A stretch of 25,147 nt of DNA, from positions 1-25,147 of the forward strand of contig JAZGFI010000066.1 of assembly GCA_036479435.1 (NCBI GenBank). Reading direction: 5' to 3'. Position numbers and translations under genes: made by a program. Below, in pieces: positions 7,808-16,070 of this stretch. The notes under the pieces are model-generated. The model searched no databases. It worked only from the letters and a program-made list of their open reading frames with translations, and was not told where the DNA came from. This stretch comes from Planctomycetota bacterium. Its GTDB lineage: Bacteria > Planctomycetota > GCA-002687715 > DRQF01. Numbering within the stretch: position 1 is the first letter of the stretch; each line of letters opens with the position of its first letter.

Positions 7808-10225
7808 CTATTCTCGGGACCCGGGCGTGATGTCGAAGGTCAAATCCTCGCCCGCGCGCACCACGGTGATCTTGACCGTCTTGCCGATACGGAGTTTTTC
7901 GATCGCGGTCATGTAGGTGTGGATGTCGATGACTTCGACGCCCGCAAGCCCGGTGATGATATCGCCGCCGCGAACGCCGGCCTTGTGAGCCGGGCCTCCG
8001 GTGGCCACGCCCGAAAGTGCCAGGCCTGGAATGTCGGCTTCCGCGTAATCCGGAATTGAACCGAGGTAGGGCTGAAGGTTGCCACGCGGCTTGCGGGTGC
8101 CTTCGTCTTTGTGTTCGAGGTAATCGGGGGCCTCAGCTCGCATCGCCATGCCGCGCGTGAGCAAACCGAGTAGTTTCGCGATGTCCCGCATGCCCTCGTA
8201 GTTGAGTTTGTCGGGGGTATCGGTCGGTCGGTGGTAGTCGAGGTGCGCTCCGGTGAACGCGCTCAAGATGGGAACGCCGCCTAAGTAGAACGGCTGGGTG
8301 TCGGTGGGAAGATTGCAGTCGGCAACCAGGCTGATCGGCAGCCCGACGGGAATGTTGCGGCGTTCGACGGCGCCACTCCAAACCGAACTCGAACCGACAC
8401 CGCTGAGGATGAGCGACTTTTCCAAGCGTCCAACCATGTCCAGGTTGATGTAGCAGGCAAAGTAGGTGTTGAGTGGTTTGGTCTTCGAGAGGTTCCGGCA
8501 AAAGTGAGTGGAGCCAAGAACGCCGAGCTCTTCGCCGGACCATGCGGCGAACACCACGGGCCGATTGAGCTTTAGTTTTCCGCGTCGCTTTAGGTCAGTC
8601 ATCCACTCGGCGATTTCGAGGATCGCCGCGACGCCCGAGGCATTGTCGTCCGCGCCGAGGTGGAGTTCTGATTTTGACTCCCCTTTGGCCCGAGACCATT
8701 TGGCGCCGGTGGTGCCGAGGTGGTCGACATGGGCTCCAATGATGACCGCCGTTTGCTGGGCCGCGGCGGGGTCACTGGGCATCAGACGGGCCAAGACGTT
8801 GCGACCCTGAAGTTTTCGGTCGGCTTGTCCATCCTGCCCCTTGATCGTGACGGGAAAGGGCTGGAAGAAACTGCCCGCGTTACCCGCCGGCAAAAGCCCG
8901 AGCTCGCGGAACTTATCCGCGACGTACTCGGTGGCGAGCTTTCCGCCCGCTGACCCCGTCATACGGCCGCCCATCTCTTCGGACGCCAAGCGGAACACAT
9001 GGCGTTTGAGATCTTCGGTGTCGATGGCCGCGACGTTCTTACCTTTGCGAGGGGCATGGGGCTTGGGCCGCGGCGCGGCGGCTTTCTCTTTGCGCCCCGC
9101 CTTTACCGAGGCGGCGATAAGGCGACTCGCTTCGGCGTGATTCCACTTTGCAGTGTGGATCTGGGAGGTCTTATCTTTGGTGCGTGTCGTAGTCCAAGCG
9201 ATGGTGAGGCCGTCCGGAGTGAAAGTCGGAAGACCATCGAAGCCATCGGTGAAACTTGCCCGCACCGGCTCGCCGCGGCCTTCGGGGTCGACGAGGTAAA
9301 GCTCGAAGTTTGAGAAGCCATGGCGGTTAGTGGTGAATATCAGATACTCGCCGCTGGGGTGAAAGTAGGGCGCCCATGACATCGCTTTGATGCCAGTGAG
9401 GCATTTCTTGTCGCTGCCGTCGATGTTGGCGGTGTAGATCTCAGCGGTGAGGCCGTTCTCAGCGAAGCGTCTCCAGCAAATCTTCGTGCCATCGTGGTTG
9501 AAGAAGGGGCCGCCGTCGTAGCCGCGGGCGAATGTCAGCCGTCGCACATTGGAACCGTCGGCGTTCATCATGTAGAGATCCATGAACAATGACTGGTCGG
9601 TGTCGAAGCGCTGCTGGTCTTTGGCCGAAAGAGGCTCGAGGAAGGCGGCGCGGTTGGAAGCAAAGCAGATGAGCTTGCCGTCTGGGGAGTAAGACCCTTC
9701 GGCATCGTAGCCTCGGGCCCGCGTGAGTTGAGTTTGCTTTTTGGTCACTCGGTCGTAGGCGAAGAGCTCAAAGTGCTCGTCGTAGTCCCAGGAGTAGCGG
9801 CGTGTTTGACCGCTCGCCCGAAAAGCCAACTCTGCGTCTTGCTGGGCAATGGAGGTCGGGTCGAGGTGTGTCGACGCGTAAAGGACTTGGCGGTTGTTGG
9901 GATGGACCCAGGAGCAGGTCGTCTTGCCATATCCAGGCGAAATGCGCTCGGTATCCCCGGTCTCCAGGTCCAACAAAAAGATCTGGTACCAGGGGTTTTT
10001 GGCGTCGCGCTCGCTTTGGAAAACCATGAGGGAACCGTCGTGGCTGTAGTAACCCTCACCCGCCCGCTTGCCCTCGAATGTCAGCTGCCGAATGCGGGTC
10101 ATGAAACGCGCTTCTTGGGCCGGGTCATTGACGGTGGAGCCAGTGGCTTGCTGGGCGAAGGCGCGGCCGAAGCTCGTGGCTGAGATCAACAGGCAAAGAA
10201 CCAGGTAGAGTCGTGGTTGAGACAT
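7808..10225 (-). CDS. Secreted M28-family metallopeptidase with N-terminal PD40/TolB-like propeller and C-terminal PDZ domain
   Basis: Signal peptide ending RAFA, PD40 repeats (YSHDG, YSPDG, FNHDG, FHPSG, FTPDG), M28 ligand motifs GAHVDHLG, GADDNASG, WSGEELG, NLDMVG, DYHRPTDT, and PDZ YLGSIPDY...GPAHKAGVRGGDII. Confidence 0.92.
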   Translation of the reverse strand: MSQPRLYLVLCLLISATSFGRAFAQQATGSTVNDPAQEARFMTRIRQLTFEGKRAGEGYYSHDGSLMVFQSERDAKNPWYQIFLLDLETGDTERISPGYGKTTCSWVHPNNRQVLYASTHLDPTSIAQQDAELAFRASGQTRRYSWDYDEHFELFAYDRVTKKQTQLTRARGYDAEGSYSPDGKLICFASNRAAFLEPLSAKDQQRFDTDQSLFMDLYMMNADGSNVRRLTFARGYDGGPFFNHDGTKICWRRFAENGLTAEIYTANIDGSDKKCLTGIKAMSWAPYFHPSGEYLIFTTNRHGFSNFELYLVDPEGRGEPVRASFTDGFDGLPTFTPDGLTIAWTTTRTKDKTSQIHTAKWNHAEASRLIAASVKAGRKEKAAAPRPKPHAPRKGKNVAAIDTEDLKRHVFRLASEEMGGRMTGSAGGKLATEYVADKFRELGLLPAGNAGSFFQPFPVTIKGQDGQADRKLQGRNVLARLMPSDPAAAQQTAVIIGAHVDHLGTTGAKWSRAKGESKSELHLGADDNASGVAAILEIAEWMTDLKRRGKLKLNRPVVFAAWSGEELGVLGSTHFCRNLSKTKPLNTYFACYINLDMVGRLEKSLILSGVGSSSVWSGAVERRNIPVGLPISLVADCNLPTDTQPFYLGGVPILSAFTGAHLDYHRPTDTPDKLNYEGMRDIAKLLGLLTRGMAMRAEAPDYLEHKDEGTRKPRGNLQPYLGSIPDYAEADIPGLALSGVATGGPAHKAGVRGGDIITGLAGVEVIDIHTYMTAIEKLRIGKTVKITVVRAGEDLTFDITPGSRE

Positions 10226-10343
10226 GGGATCCTCAGAATGCGCGGGGTCAAATTTGCTGCCACATTCTCACTTCAGTCTTGGGCTGGCTCAAGGCCGCTT
10301 CGGCGGGGCAGATTTTGGCCGGAATTCGTCACGAGGCGATGAT

Positions 10344-10366
10344 TTTGACAAGATCGCTCCGTCAAA
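10344..10366. promoter_or_regulatory. Inverted repeat TTTGAC-N11-GTCAAA, candidate operator
   Basis: Seen in the divergent intergenic region, directly before the AGGAG RBS of the cytochrome gene. Arms are only 6 bp. Confidence 0.25.
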
Positions 10367-10378
10367 GGAGCCTCAAAC

Positions 10379-11482
10379 ATGACTCTCGCTATCGCTCGCG
10401 CCATTTACGCCTTTGGGTTGCTCATGACGGGCGCTCTGATGCTGGTGGTCTTTGGGCCTAAATCTGAGGGTGGTCAGTTCTCGGACGCCGAAAAATCGGC
10501 TCCGTCGCTGTCGCCTGGCCCCGGGCGGGACTCGCCAGCGTCCTTTAGCCAAAGGGATGATGACGCTTTTCCACCGACGCTGAGCAAGACGGGCTACTTC
10601 GAGTCTGTTTCGGGGTATCGGCTCAACTCATCATTTGTAGCTTTTGAAGTCAATGCCCCCTATTGGTCCGACGACGCCCAAAAACTGCGGGCCGTCAGGA
10701 TGCCACCGGGGATAGCCGTCAAATTTGAGGCCAATAAGCCCTGGTTTTTTCCAGTCGGAACGACGTTTGTCAAGACTTTTCAGCTGTCTGCGGATGGCGA
10801 AACCAAGCGCATTGAGACTCGCATCGTTCGCCGGGCGAAGTTCGGCTGGCTGTTTTCGACTTACATTTGGAATGAAGAGCAGACCGAAGCCAAACTTGAG
10901 ATGGATGGCCCGCGGTTTCCGGTGACGGCGGGGCACACGAGCCAAGCCTGGGGGGTACCGCATCAGCTCGACTGTTTGGAATGCCACAACGATAAGGCGG
11001 GCCGAGTCCTCGGTTTCAATCTTCGACAGCTAAACCGGGTCGAGAAGACCAAGACCGGATCGGGCAATCAGCTGCATCGACTGCAACGTGCGGGTGTCTT
11101 GAGAGCCGTTCCCGACCAGCTCAAGGCGACACCGTCTTTTTGCTCGCCCTACGACGAAAAAGCAGATCTCGACGATCGAGCCCGGACTTATCTCCAAGTG
11201 AATTGCTCGATGTGTCATCAACCGGGCACCCCACAAACGACTCAGTTCAATCTGCCCTTGGATTTGCGACGGCAGCGGCCCATCTACGAAACCGGCCTGC
11301 TCCAACTCGATCCCAACAATCCCACCGGCCCTCCATTGCGCCCCCGCTCGCTGCGCAGCACGCTATTCCTCAACCGCGTCGGCGCCATCGGCCAATTCCG
11401 CATGCCTCCCCTCGGCAGCCTCATGATCGACGAAAAAGCCCACGTCATGCTCAAGAAGTGGTTCGCCCGCTTCCTAAACTAA
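10379..11482 (+). CDS. Membrane-anchored/exported diheme c-type cytochrome, SO2930/HNE_0200-like family
   Basis: AGGAG RBS, N-terminal hydrophobic helix, LSKTGYF, NAPYWSDDAQKLR, FPVGTTFVKTF, IETR, YIWN, two heme motifs CLECH and CSMCH, C-terminal MPPLG. Confidence 0.82.
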   Translation: MTLAIARAIYAFGLLMTGALMLVVFGPKSEGGQFSDAEKSAPSLSPGPGRDSPASFSQRDDDAFPPTLSKTGYFESVSGYRLNSSFVAFEVNAPYWSDDAQKLRAVRMPPGIAVKFEANKPWFFPVGTTFVKTFQLSADGETKRIETRIVRRAKFGWLFSTYIWNEEQTEAKLEMDGPRFPVTAGHTSQAWGVPHQLDCLECHNDKAGRVLGFNLRQLNRVEKTKTGSGNQLHRLQRAGVLRAVPDQLKATPSFCSPYDEKADLDDRARTYLQVNCSMCHQPGTPQTTQFNLPLDLRRQRPIYETGLLQLDPNNPTGPPLRPRSLRSTLFLNRVGAIGQFRMPPLGSLMIDEKAHVMLKKWFARFLN

Positions 11483-11495
11483 TAAACCACCAAAT

Positions 11496-11595
11496 CCCTC
11501 AACCTTTGCGTCAGACGATTTTCACTACCCCCTGGTGCTCCGAGCCGGCCAACGAGCAAAGGGTAGTGAAAATCGTCTGACGCAAAGGTTGAGGG
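11496..11595. repeat. Perfect 35-bp inverted repeat with 30-nt spacer (REP/REPIN- or MITE-like; possible bidirectional terminator)
   Basis: Left arm 11496-11530 CCCTCAACCTTTGCGTCAGACGATTTTCACTACCC is the exact reverse complement of 11561-11595. It lies between two convergent stop codons. Confidence 0.95.
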
Positions 11596-11604
11596 TTTGA
11601 TTAC

Positions 11605-12702
11605 CTAAGGGCGGATGCCGGAGATGGAGAGGAGCTGGCCTTTTTCTTGATCGAAGTGGGTGCCGAGCTGGGTGACGTAGAGGACGTCATTGGGGCCAAA
11701 GGCGCAGGAAACGGGACCGGCGAGTTTGACGTCTTCGTAGATTTTTACGGTGGCCTTGCCGCCGTCGCCGAGGCTGATGCGGGCGAGCTTACCGACGTTG
11801 ACTTTGGTGAGGGCCCAGTTGTTGTCGACCACCACCAGATCGTCACTTCCGGGGATGCGGGCCATGCCCATGGGATCGACGATACCCGGCAGGTTCCATT
11901 GAGCGACGGGCTTGCGGGTTTCGAGGCTCCACTTGACGATCAAGCCGTCTTCTTTGCCGCCGGTGCCGGAGTAGACGCAGAGCAGTGAGCTTTCGTCCCA
12001 GGCGATGAGTTGCATGGGTGAGTTGATGGCAATGTCGTTGTCGTCGGCGCTCGCCCAGGGGCTCAGCTTTTTGGTCTCGGGGTCTGCCACGAGTATCCAG
12101 CTTTTGGCATCGGCGCCTTGACCACAGGCGTAGATCTTGCCGTCGGCACCGCGCACCAAACCAGCGGGGTTGCCCTCACCCTTGTCGACTTCCAACTTGG
12201 TGGTCGGAGGAACTCCATTAGTGGGCATGCCAGAGTCGGCAGTGCCGGCTCCCTTGAAGAAGATCAGGCGGTCGGCGCCGTCTTTTTTGCCGGCATCGGA
12301 GACGACGATGCTACCGTCCGGCAACCAAATCGCGCTGATCGGGCCCAACAGAAAACGCTTCGCTCCGGTCTTTGCGTCGACCTTCCAGTACTCGGTGTCG
12401 AAGCCGGTCAGAAAGTCTTTTGCCGCGCCGTTTTCGTAAAGCAAGACTTTGCCGTGGCCAGCGTCGCAAACGAGCATGCGCCCGTCATCGCCACAGGCCA
12501 GCGATGAGGGATTCTGCAAACCGTCCAGTAAAACCTTGACGACGAGCTTGGCGTCAGCGCTTTCTTCGGAGCTTTCGTTTTTGCCGCTGGGTTTGGAAGT
12601 CGCGCTGCCCTTCGATGCCTCTGAGCTCGAATCGCTTTTGCCACAGGCGAACATGAAGGCTGTCACGAATATCGCAAGCGCTAGTGAGGTGTAGGTTCGC
12701 AT
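11605..12702 (-). CDS. Lipoprotein with NHL/SMP-30-like beta-propeller
   Basis: Start re-called at ATG12702: MRTYTSLALAIFVTAFMFA-C lipobox, Ser/Lys-rich tether, repeated blades (LQNPSSLACGDDGRMLVCD, GPISAIWLPDGSIVVSD, NPAGLVRGADGKIY, GPVSCAFGPNDVLYVT). Confidence 0.78.
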   Translation of the reverse strand: MRTYTSLALAIFVTAFMFACGKSDSSSEASKGSATSKPSGKNESSEESADAKLVVKVLLDGLQNPSSLACGDDGRMLVCDAGHGKVLLYENGAAKDFLTGFDTEYWKVDAKTGAKRFLLGPISAIWLPDGSIVVSDAGKKDGADRLIFFKGAGTADSGMPTNGVPPTTKLEVDKGEGNPAGLVRGADGKIYACGQGADAKSWILVADPETKKLSPWASADDNDIAINSPMQLIAWDESSLLCVYSGTGGKEDGLIVKWSLETRKPVAQWNLPGIVDPMGMARIPGSDDLVVVDNNWALTKVNVGKLARISLGDGGKATVKIYEDVKLAGPVSCAFGPNDVLYVTQLGTHFDQEKGQLLSISGIRP

Positions 12703-12812
12703 GGTCTCTTCTCTTGACGATGAGTCGGGTCGGAGGTCGGATAACGATGGATTGTCGCAGGAATTAGCGGGAACGCCAATCAGAGGTCCTCGAAATAGGG
12801 ACCTAGATGTTC

Positions 12813-13616
12813 CTAAGGAACGACGTAGGGCGGGGCGGTCCATCCGAGCGGTGACGAAGTGAATATCTCATAGCCGTCCTCGGTCACGGCGAGAGAGTGT
12901 TCGAATTGGGCGGAGAGGCTGCCGTCGAGAGTGACGGCGGTCCAGTCATCGTCGAGGACTCGCGTGCGTTTTTTGCCGATGTTGATCATTGGCTCGACGG
13001 TAAAAAACATCCCCGCACGAAGTACATCACCCTTACCGGGTTTGCCGTAGTGCAGGATCTGCGGCGCAGTATGAAAGCTGCGCCCCAAACCATGTCCACA
13101 GAAATCCTCGACAATGGAGTAGCCTTTTGCTTCCGCGCAACTTTGGATCGCGTGGCCGATGTCACCCAGCGTCGCCCCGGGTCTCACGACTTCGATCCCG
13201 AGCATCATCGCTTCGTAAGTCGTCTCGACGAGGCGCTTTGCTTCGTCGTTGGGCTCGCCGACCAAAAACATCCGGCTGGTATCGCCGTGCCAACCATCAA
13301 GTGTCGGAGTGACGTCAATGTTGATGATGTCGCCGTCGCGAAGGATGTCGGTTTTCTTCGGGATCCCGTGGCAGACGACCTCGTTGATCGACGTGCAGAT
13401 AGATTTCGGAAATCCGTTGTAGTTCAGGGGCGCGCAGATTCCTCCGCGCTCGGTGATGAACTCATGGCAAAGTCGATTTAGATAGTCGGTGTGGGTGCCA
13501 GCTTTGACATGTGGCGTGATGAAATCGAGGGTTTCGGCGGCCAGGCGGCCGGCGGCACGCATTCCCTCGAATTCTCTCGCGCTGTGAATGACGATCGTGT
13601 CTTTTGATCGAGGCAT
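12813..13616 (-). CDS. map: Type I methionine aminopeptidase
   Basis: FPKSICTSINEVVCHGIP, NIDVT, GDTSRMF, GHGLG..FH, FTVEPMIN, SAQFEHS; all metal ligands present. Confidence 0.97.
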   Translation of the reverse strand: MPRSKDTIVIHSAREFEGMRAAGRLAAETLDFITPHVKAGTHTDYLNRLCHEFITERGGICAPLNYNGFPKSICTSINEVVCHGIPKKTDILRDGDIINIDVTPTLDGWHGDTSRMFLVGEPNDEAKRLVETTYEAMMLGIEVVRPGATLGDIGHAIQSCAEAKGYSIVEDFCGHGLGRSFHTAPQILHYGKPGKGDVLRAGMFFTVEPMINIGKKRTRVLDDDWTAVTLDGSLSAQFEHSLAVTEDGYEIFTSSPLGWTAPPYVVP

Positions 13617-13637
13617 GGTGGCTGCTTTCGTTTTCCC

Positions 13638-13686
13638 AGACTTAAGACCTAGCTATACTCCGCCCCGAGTCACGGGTCTCAAGTCT
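13638..13686. promoter_or_regulatory. map/cysS divergent promoter region: 12-bp imperfect inverted repeat enclosing a TATACT -10-like hexamer
   Basis: AGACTTAAGACC (13638-13649) and GGTCTCAAGTCT (13675-13686) pair 11/12; TATACT at 13654-13659; GGAG RBS before cysS. Confidence 0.4.
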
Positions 13687-13700
13687 TTCCGGAGCAAAAG

Positions 13701-15194
13701 ATGGCTGCGCCATTTCGACTGTACGACACGCTGCGCCGCAAAGTAGCACCGTTTGAACCGCTCAGACCGGGCGAAGTCGGAATCTACGCCTGCGGGATGA
13801 CGGTCTACGACTACATGCATGTCGGGCACGCCCGCGCTTTCATCGTTTTCGATTCCTTCGTTCGCTATCTGCGCGCACGCGGCTGGAAAGTCACCTTTGT
13901 CCGAAACTTCACCGATGTTGATGACAAGATCATTCGTCGTGCGAATGAGCTGGGCGAAGACCCCATTGCCTTGGCAGCGCGTTTTATCGACGAGTTTCAG
14001 GCTGATTGCGATAGCCTCGGCCTCGCAGCACCGGACTCCGAGCCAAAGGTCTCAGATTGCATCGACGACATCGTCACCATGATTGCGGCTTTGATCGAAA
14101 AGGGAAAAGCCTACCCCAACGAGGGATCGGTTTGGTTTTCGGTCACGGGATTTGCGGAGTACGGAAAACTGTCGGGGCAGCGTTTGGACAAGTTGCGCTC
14201 GACCGACGAGGGCCTCGGCAAGAACCACCCCGCTGATTTCGCCCTTTGGAAAGCGGCGAAACCCGGAGAGCCCGCTTGGGACAGTCCCTGGGGCCCGGGG
14301 CGACCAGGATGGCACATCGAGTGCTCCGCAATGGCCGCCAAAATCCTCGGCCCCACTGTCGACATACACGGCGGAGGATTGGATCTCGTTTTCCCGCACC
14401 ACGAAAATGAAGTGGCCCAAAGCGAGTGCGTTCACGGCGAAATCTACGCGCGCAACTGGATGCACAATGGCCTCTTGACTCTCTCAAGTGGCCAGAAGAT
14501 GGGAAAGAGCCTCGGCAACGTGATCAATGTGCGAGATGCTCTGCTCGATTTTCCGGCTGAAGCGGTGAGGATCTACTACCTTCAGAATCACTACCGGTCG
14601 CCTTTGCCTTGGAGCGCCGAAGCTCTACCGGATGCCTTGGGAATGCTCGCGCGCCTCTACGACGCTCGCGAAAGCGCGGAATCGATGCAGGGCACCGAAC
14701 CAGCCGAGAAAGTAGCGTCCGACCTGGGCGATGACGCCCAGCGGGTGCTCGACTTGTCGCGAGGGTTCGAAGAAAAGTTCTTCGCGGCTCTCGATGACGA
14801 TTTCAGTACGCCGATGGCATTGGGCGCGGTGTTTGGAGTGGTGCGGGCGGTGAATCGTTTCGCCAATCACAAAAAGTCTAAGAAGCGGGGCGGACCCATC
14901 GCGAAGGAAGCGCTCGCCGTCTTTGAAATCGTGCGCGAATCGCTTGGTCTGTTCCAATTGACGACGGCGGATTTTCAGGCCGAAGTGCGTAGCAAGCGCT
15001 TGAGTTCCTTGGGCTTGAAGGCGGAAGACGTCGAGGCGAAGCTGGCCGAGCGAGAACGTGCGCGCGTAGACAAAGATTGGGCCAAAGCCGACCTCATTCG
15101 AGACGACCTGCTGGCCCAGAACGTCGTCGTCATGGATGGAGCTGAGGGGGTTGAATGGCGCTTGAACCTCCTGACCAGCACCGAAGAAGATTGA
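13701..15194 (+). CDS. cysS: Cysteine--tRNA ligase
   Basis: CGMTVYD..HVGH (HIGH), RNFTDVDDKII, DFALWK, GRPGWHIECSAM, HGGGLDLVFPHHENE, KMGKS (KMSKS), DDDFSTP, C-terminal R..AR..KDW..AD.IRD. Confidence 0.98.
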   Translation: MAAPFRLYDTLRRKVAPFEPLRPGEVGIYACGMTVYDYMHVGHARAFIVFDSFVRYLRARGWKVTFVRNFTDVDDKIIRRANELGEDPIALAARFIDEFQADCDSLGLAAPDSEPKVSDCIDDIVTMIAALIEKGKAYPNEGSVWFSVTGFAEYGKLSGQRLDKLRSTDEGLGKNHPADFALWKAAKPGEPAWDSPWGPGRPGWHIECSAMAAKILGPTVDIHGGGLDLVFPHHENEVAQSECVHGEIYARNWMHNGLLTLSSGQKMGKSLGNVINVRDALLDFPAEAVRIYYLQNHYRSPLPWSAEALPDALGMLARLYDARESAESMQGTEPAEKVASDLGDDAQRVLDLSRGFEEKFFAALDDDFSTPMALGAVFGVVRAVNRFANHKKSKKRGGPIAKEALAVFEIVRESLGLFQLTTADFQAEVRSKRLSSLGLKAEDVEAKLAERERARVDKDWAKADLIRDDLLAQNVVVMDGAEGVEWRLNLLTSTEED

Positions 15195-15550
15195 GCGCCA
15201 GCCGCTGATCCCGCAGTTTGATGCCAAAGAGCTCGCGGTCATCGCCGAATTTCCGCGAAAAATTCTGCCAGCGGACACGAGAATTCCCGGGTCCCAGGGA
15301 CCGATTTTCGCGTCGAAGTGTGAGAACTAAGTCTCAATACCCAATCTCAAGATTCGTCGTCCAAGATGTCGCCCCCTGCCTCTAACATCCGCCCGCTCAA
15401 GGCTTTGGCGGCGATCGGCGAGCGATTTACCGCTGGGAATTTTCGGATCTTCCGAGCCCAGAGTGATTTTGTAGGGGTCTCCGAAGAGAATTCTTCGTCG
15501 AGTGTTCCTAACGAGGACCCACAGCTGCGGTGAAAATACCGCCCTTTTGT

Positions 15551-15580
15551 TTGATTTGGGCTCCCTAGCTGTCGTATTCT
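15551..15580 (+). promoter_or_regulatory. Putative sigma70 promoter for dksA (-35 TTGATT, -10 TATTCT, 18-nt spacer)
   Basis: Hexamers at 15551-15556 and 15575-15580, followed by a GC-rich discriminator-like stretch CCCCGCCG. Confidence 0.4.
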
Positions 15581-15594
15581 CCCCGCCGACTTCG

Positions 15595-15661
15595 CGGAGG
15601 GAATACCTCCGAGGGCGGCCACAAGTGCCTCCCGCAAGGGAGTTTGGGCCCTGAGCGGCAC
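15595..15661 (+). ncRNA. Candidate structured 5' leader RNA of dksA (family unassigned)
   Basis: Hairpins CGGAGG-GAATA-CCTCCG (15595-15611) and CTCCC-GCAA-GGGAG (15629-15642, GNRA loop), plus crossing pairings AGGGC/GCCCT and GTGC/GCAC. Confidence 0.35.
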
Positions 15662-15698
15662 ATCCATTTACGAGTTTGCAGCACAAAGGAGCCAGTCG

Positions 15699-16070
15699 AT
15701 GCGAGCGACCGAGCTCAAAAAATACAAGACCATGCTTATCGAGGCCCGGATTCAGCTCACGCAGAATCTTAATTCCATGGCCAATGAGGCTTTGAAACCT
15801 CAAGAGGGTGGGTCTGACTCCGAGAACTCCGCTGACTTCGGCAGCGACCAGTTCGAACAAGAGTTCACCCTGGGGCTTATGGAAAACAAACAGACTGTCG
15901 TCAAAGAAATCGACGCCGCTCTGGACAGAATCGAAGATAGCACTTTCGGGGTCTGCGAAGGCAGCGGGGACAAGATCCCCAAAGCTCGTCTCGACGCGAT
16001 TCCCTGGGCCCGCTATACGGTTGATTACCAAGAGCGCGTCGAAAATGGTTTGATTCCCGAGGACTTCTAA
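15699..16070 (+). CDS. dksA: TraR/DksA family transcription factor with degenerate C4 zinc finger
   Basis: AAGGAG RBS, coiled coil with tip NSADFGSDQFEQE, EIDAALDRIEDSTFGVCEGSGDKIPKARLDAIPWARYTVDYQ. Only one Cys. Confidence 0.88.
   Translation: MRATELKKYKTMLIEARIQLTQNLNSMANEALKPQEGGSDSENSADFGSDQFEQEFTLGLMENKQTVVKEIDAALDRIEDSTFGVCEGSGDKIPKARLDAIPWARYTVDYQERVENGLIPEDF

Noticed and set aside
15612..15661. HDV-like ribozyme in the dksA leader
   Set aside because: Stem order is superficially similar, but the P3 loop is a GNRA tetraloop and P1.1, P4 and the catalytic J4/2 segment are not evident.
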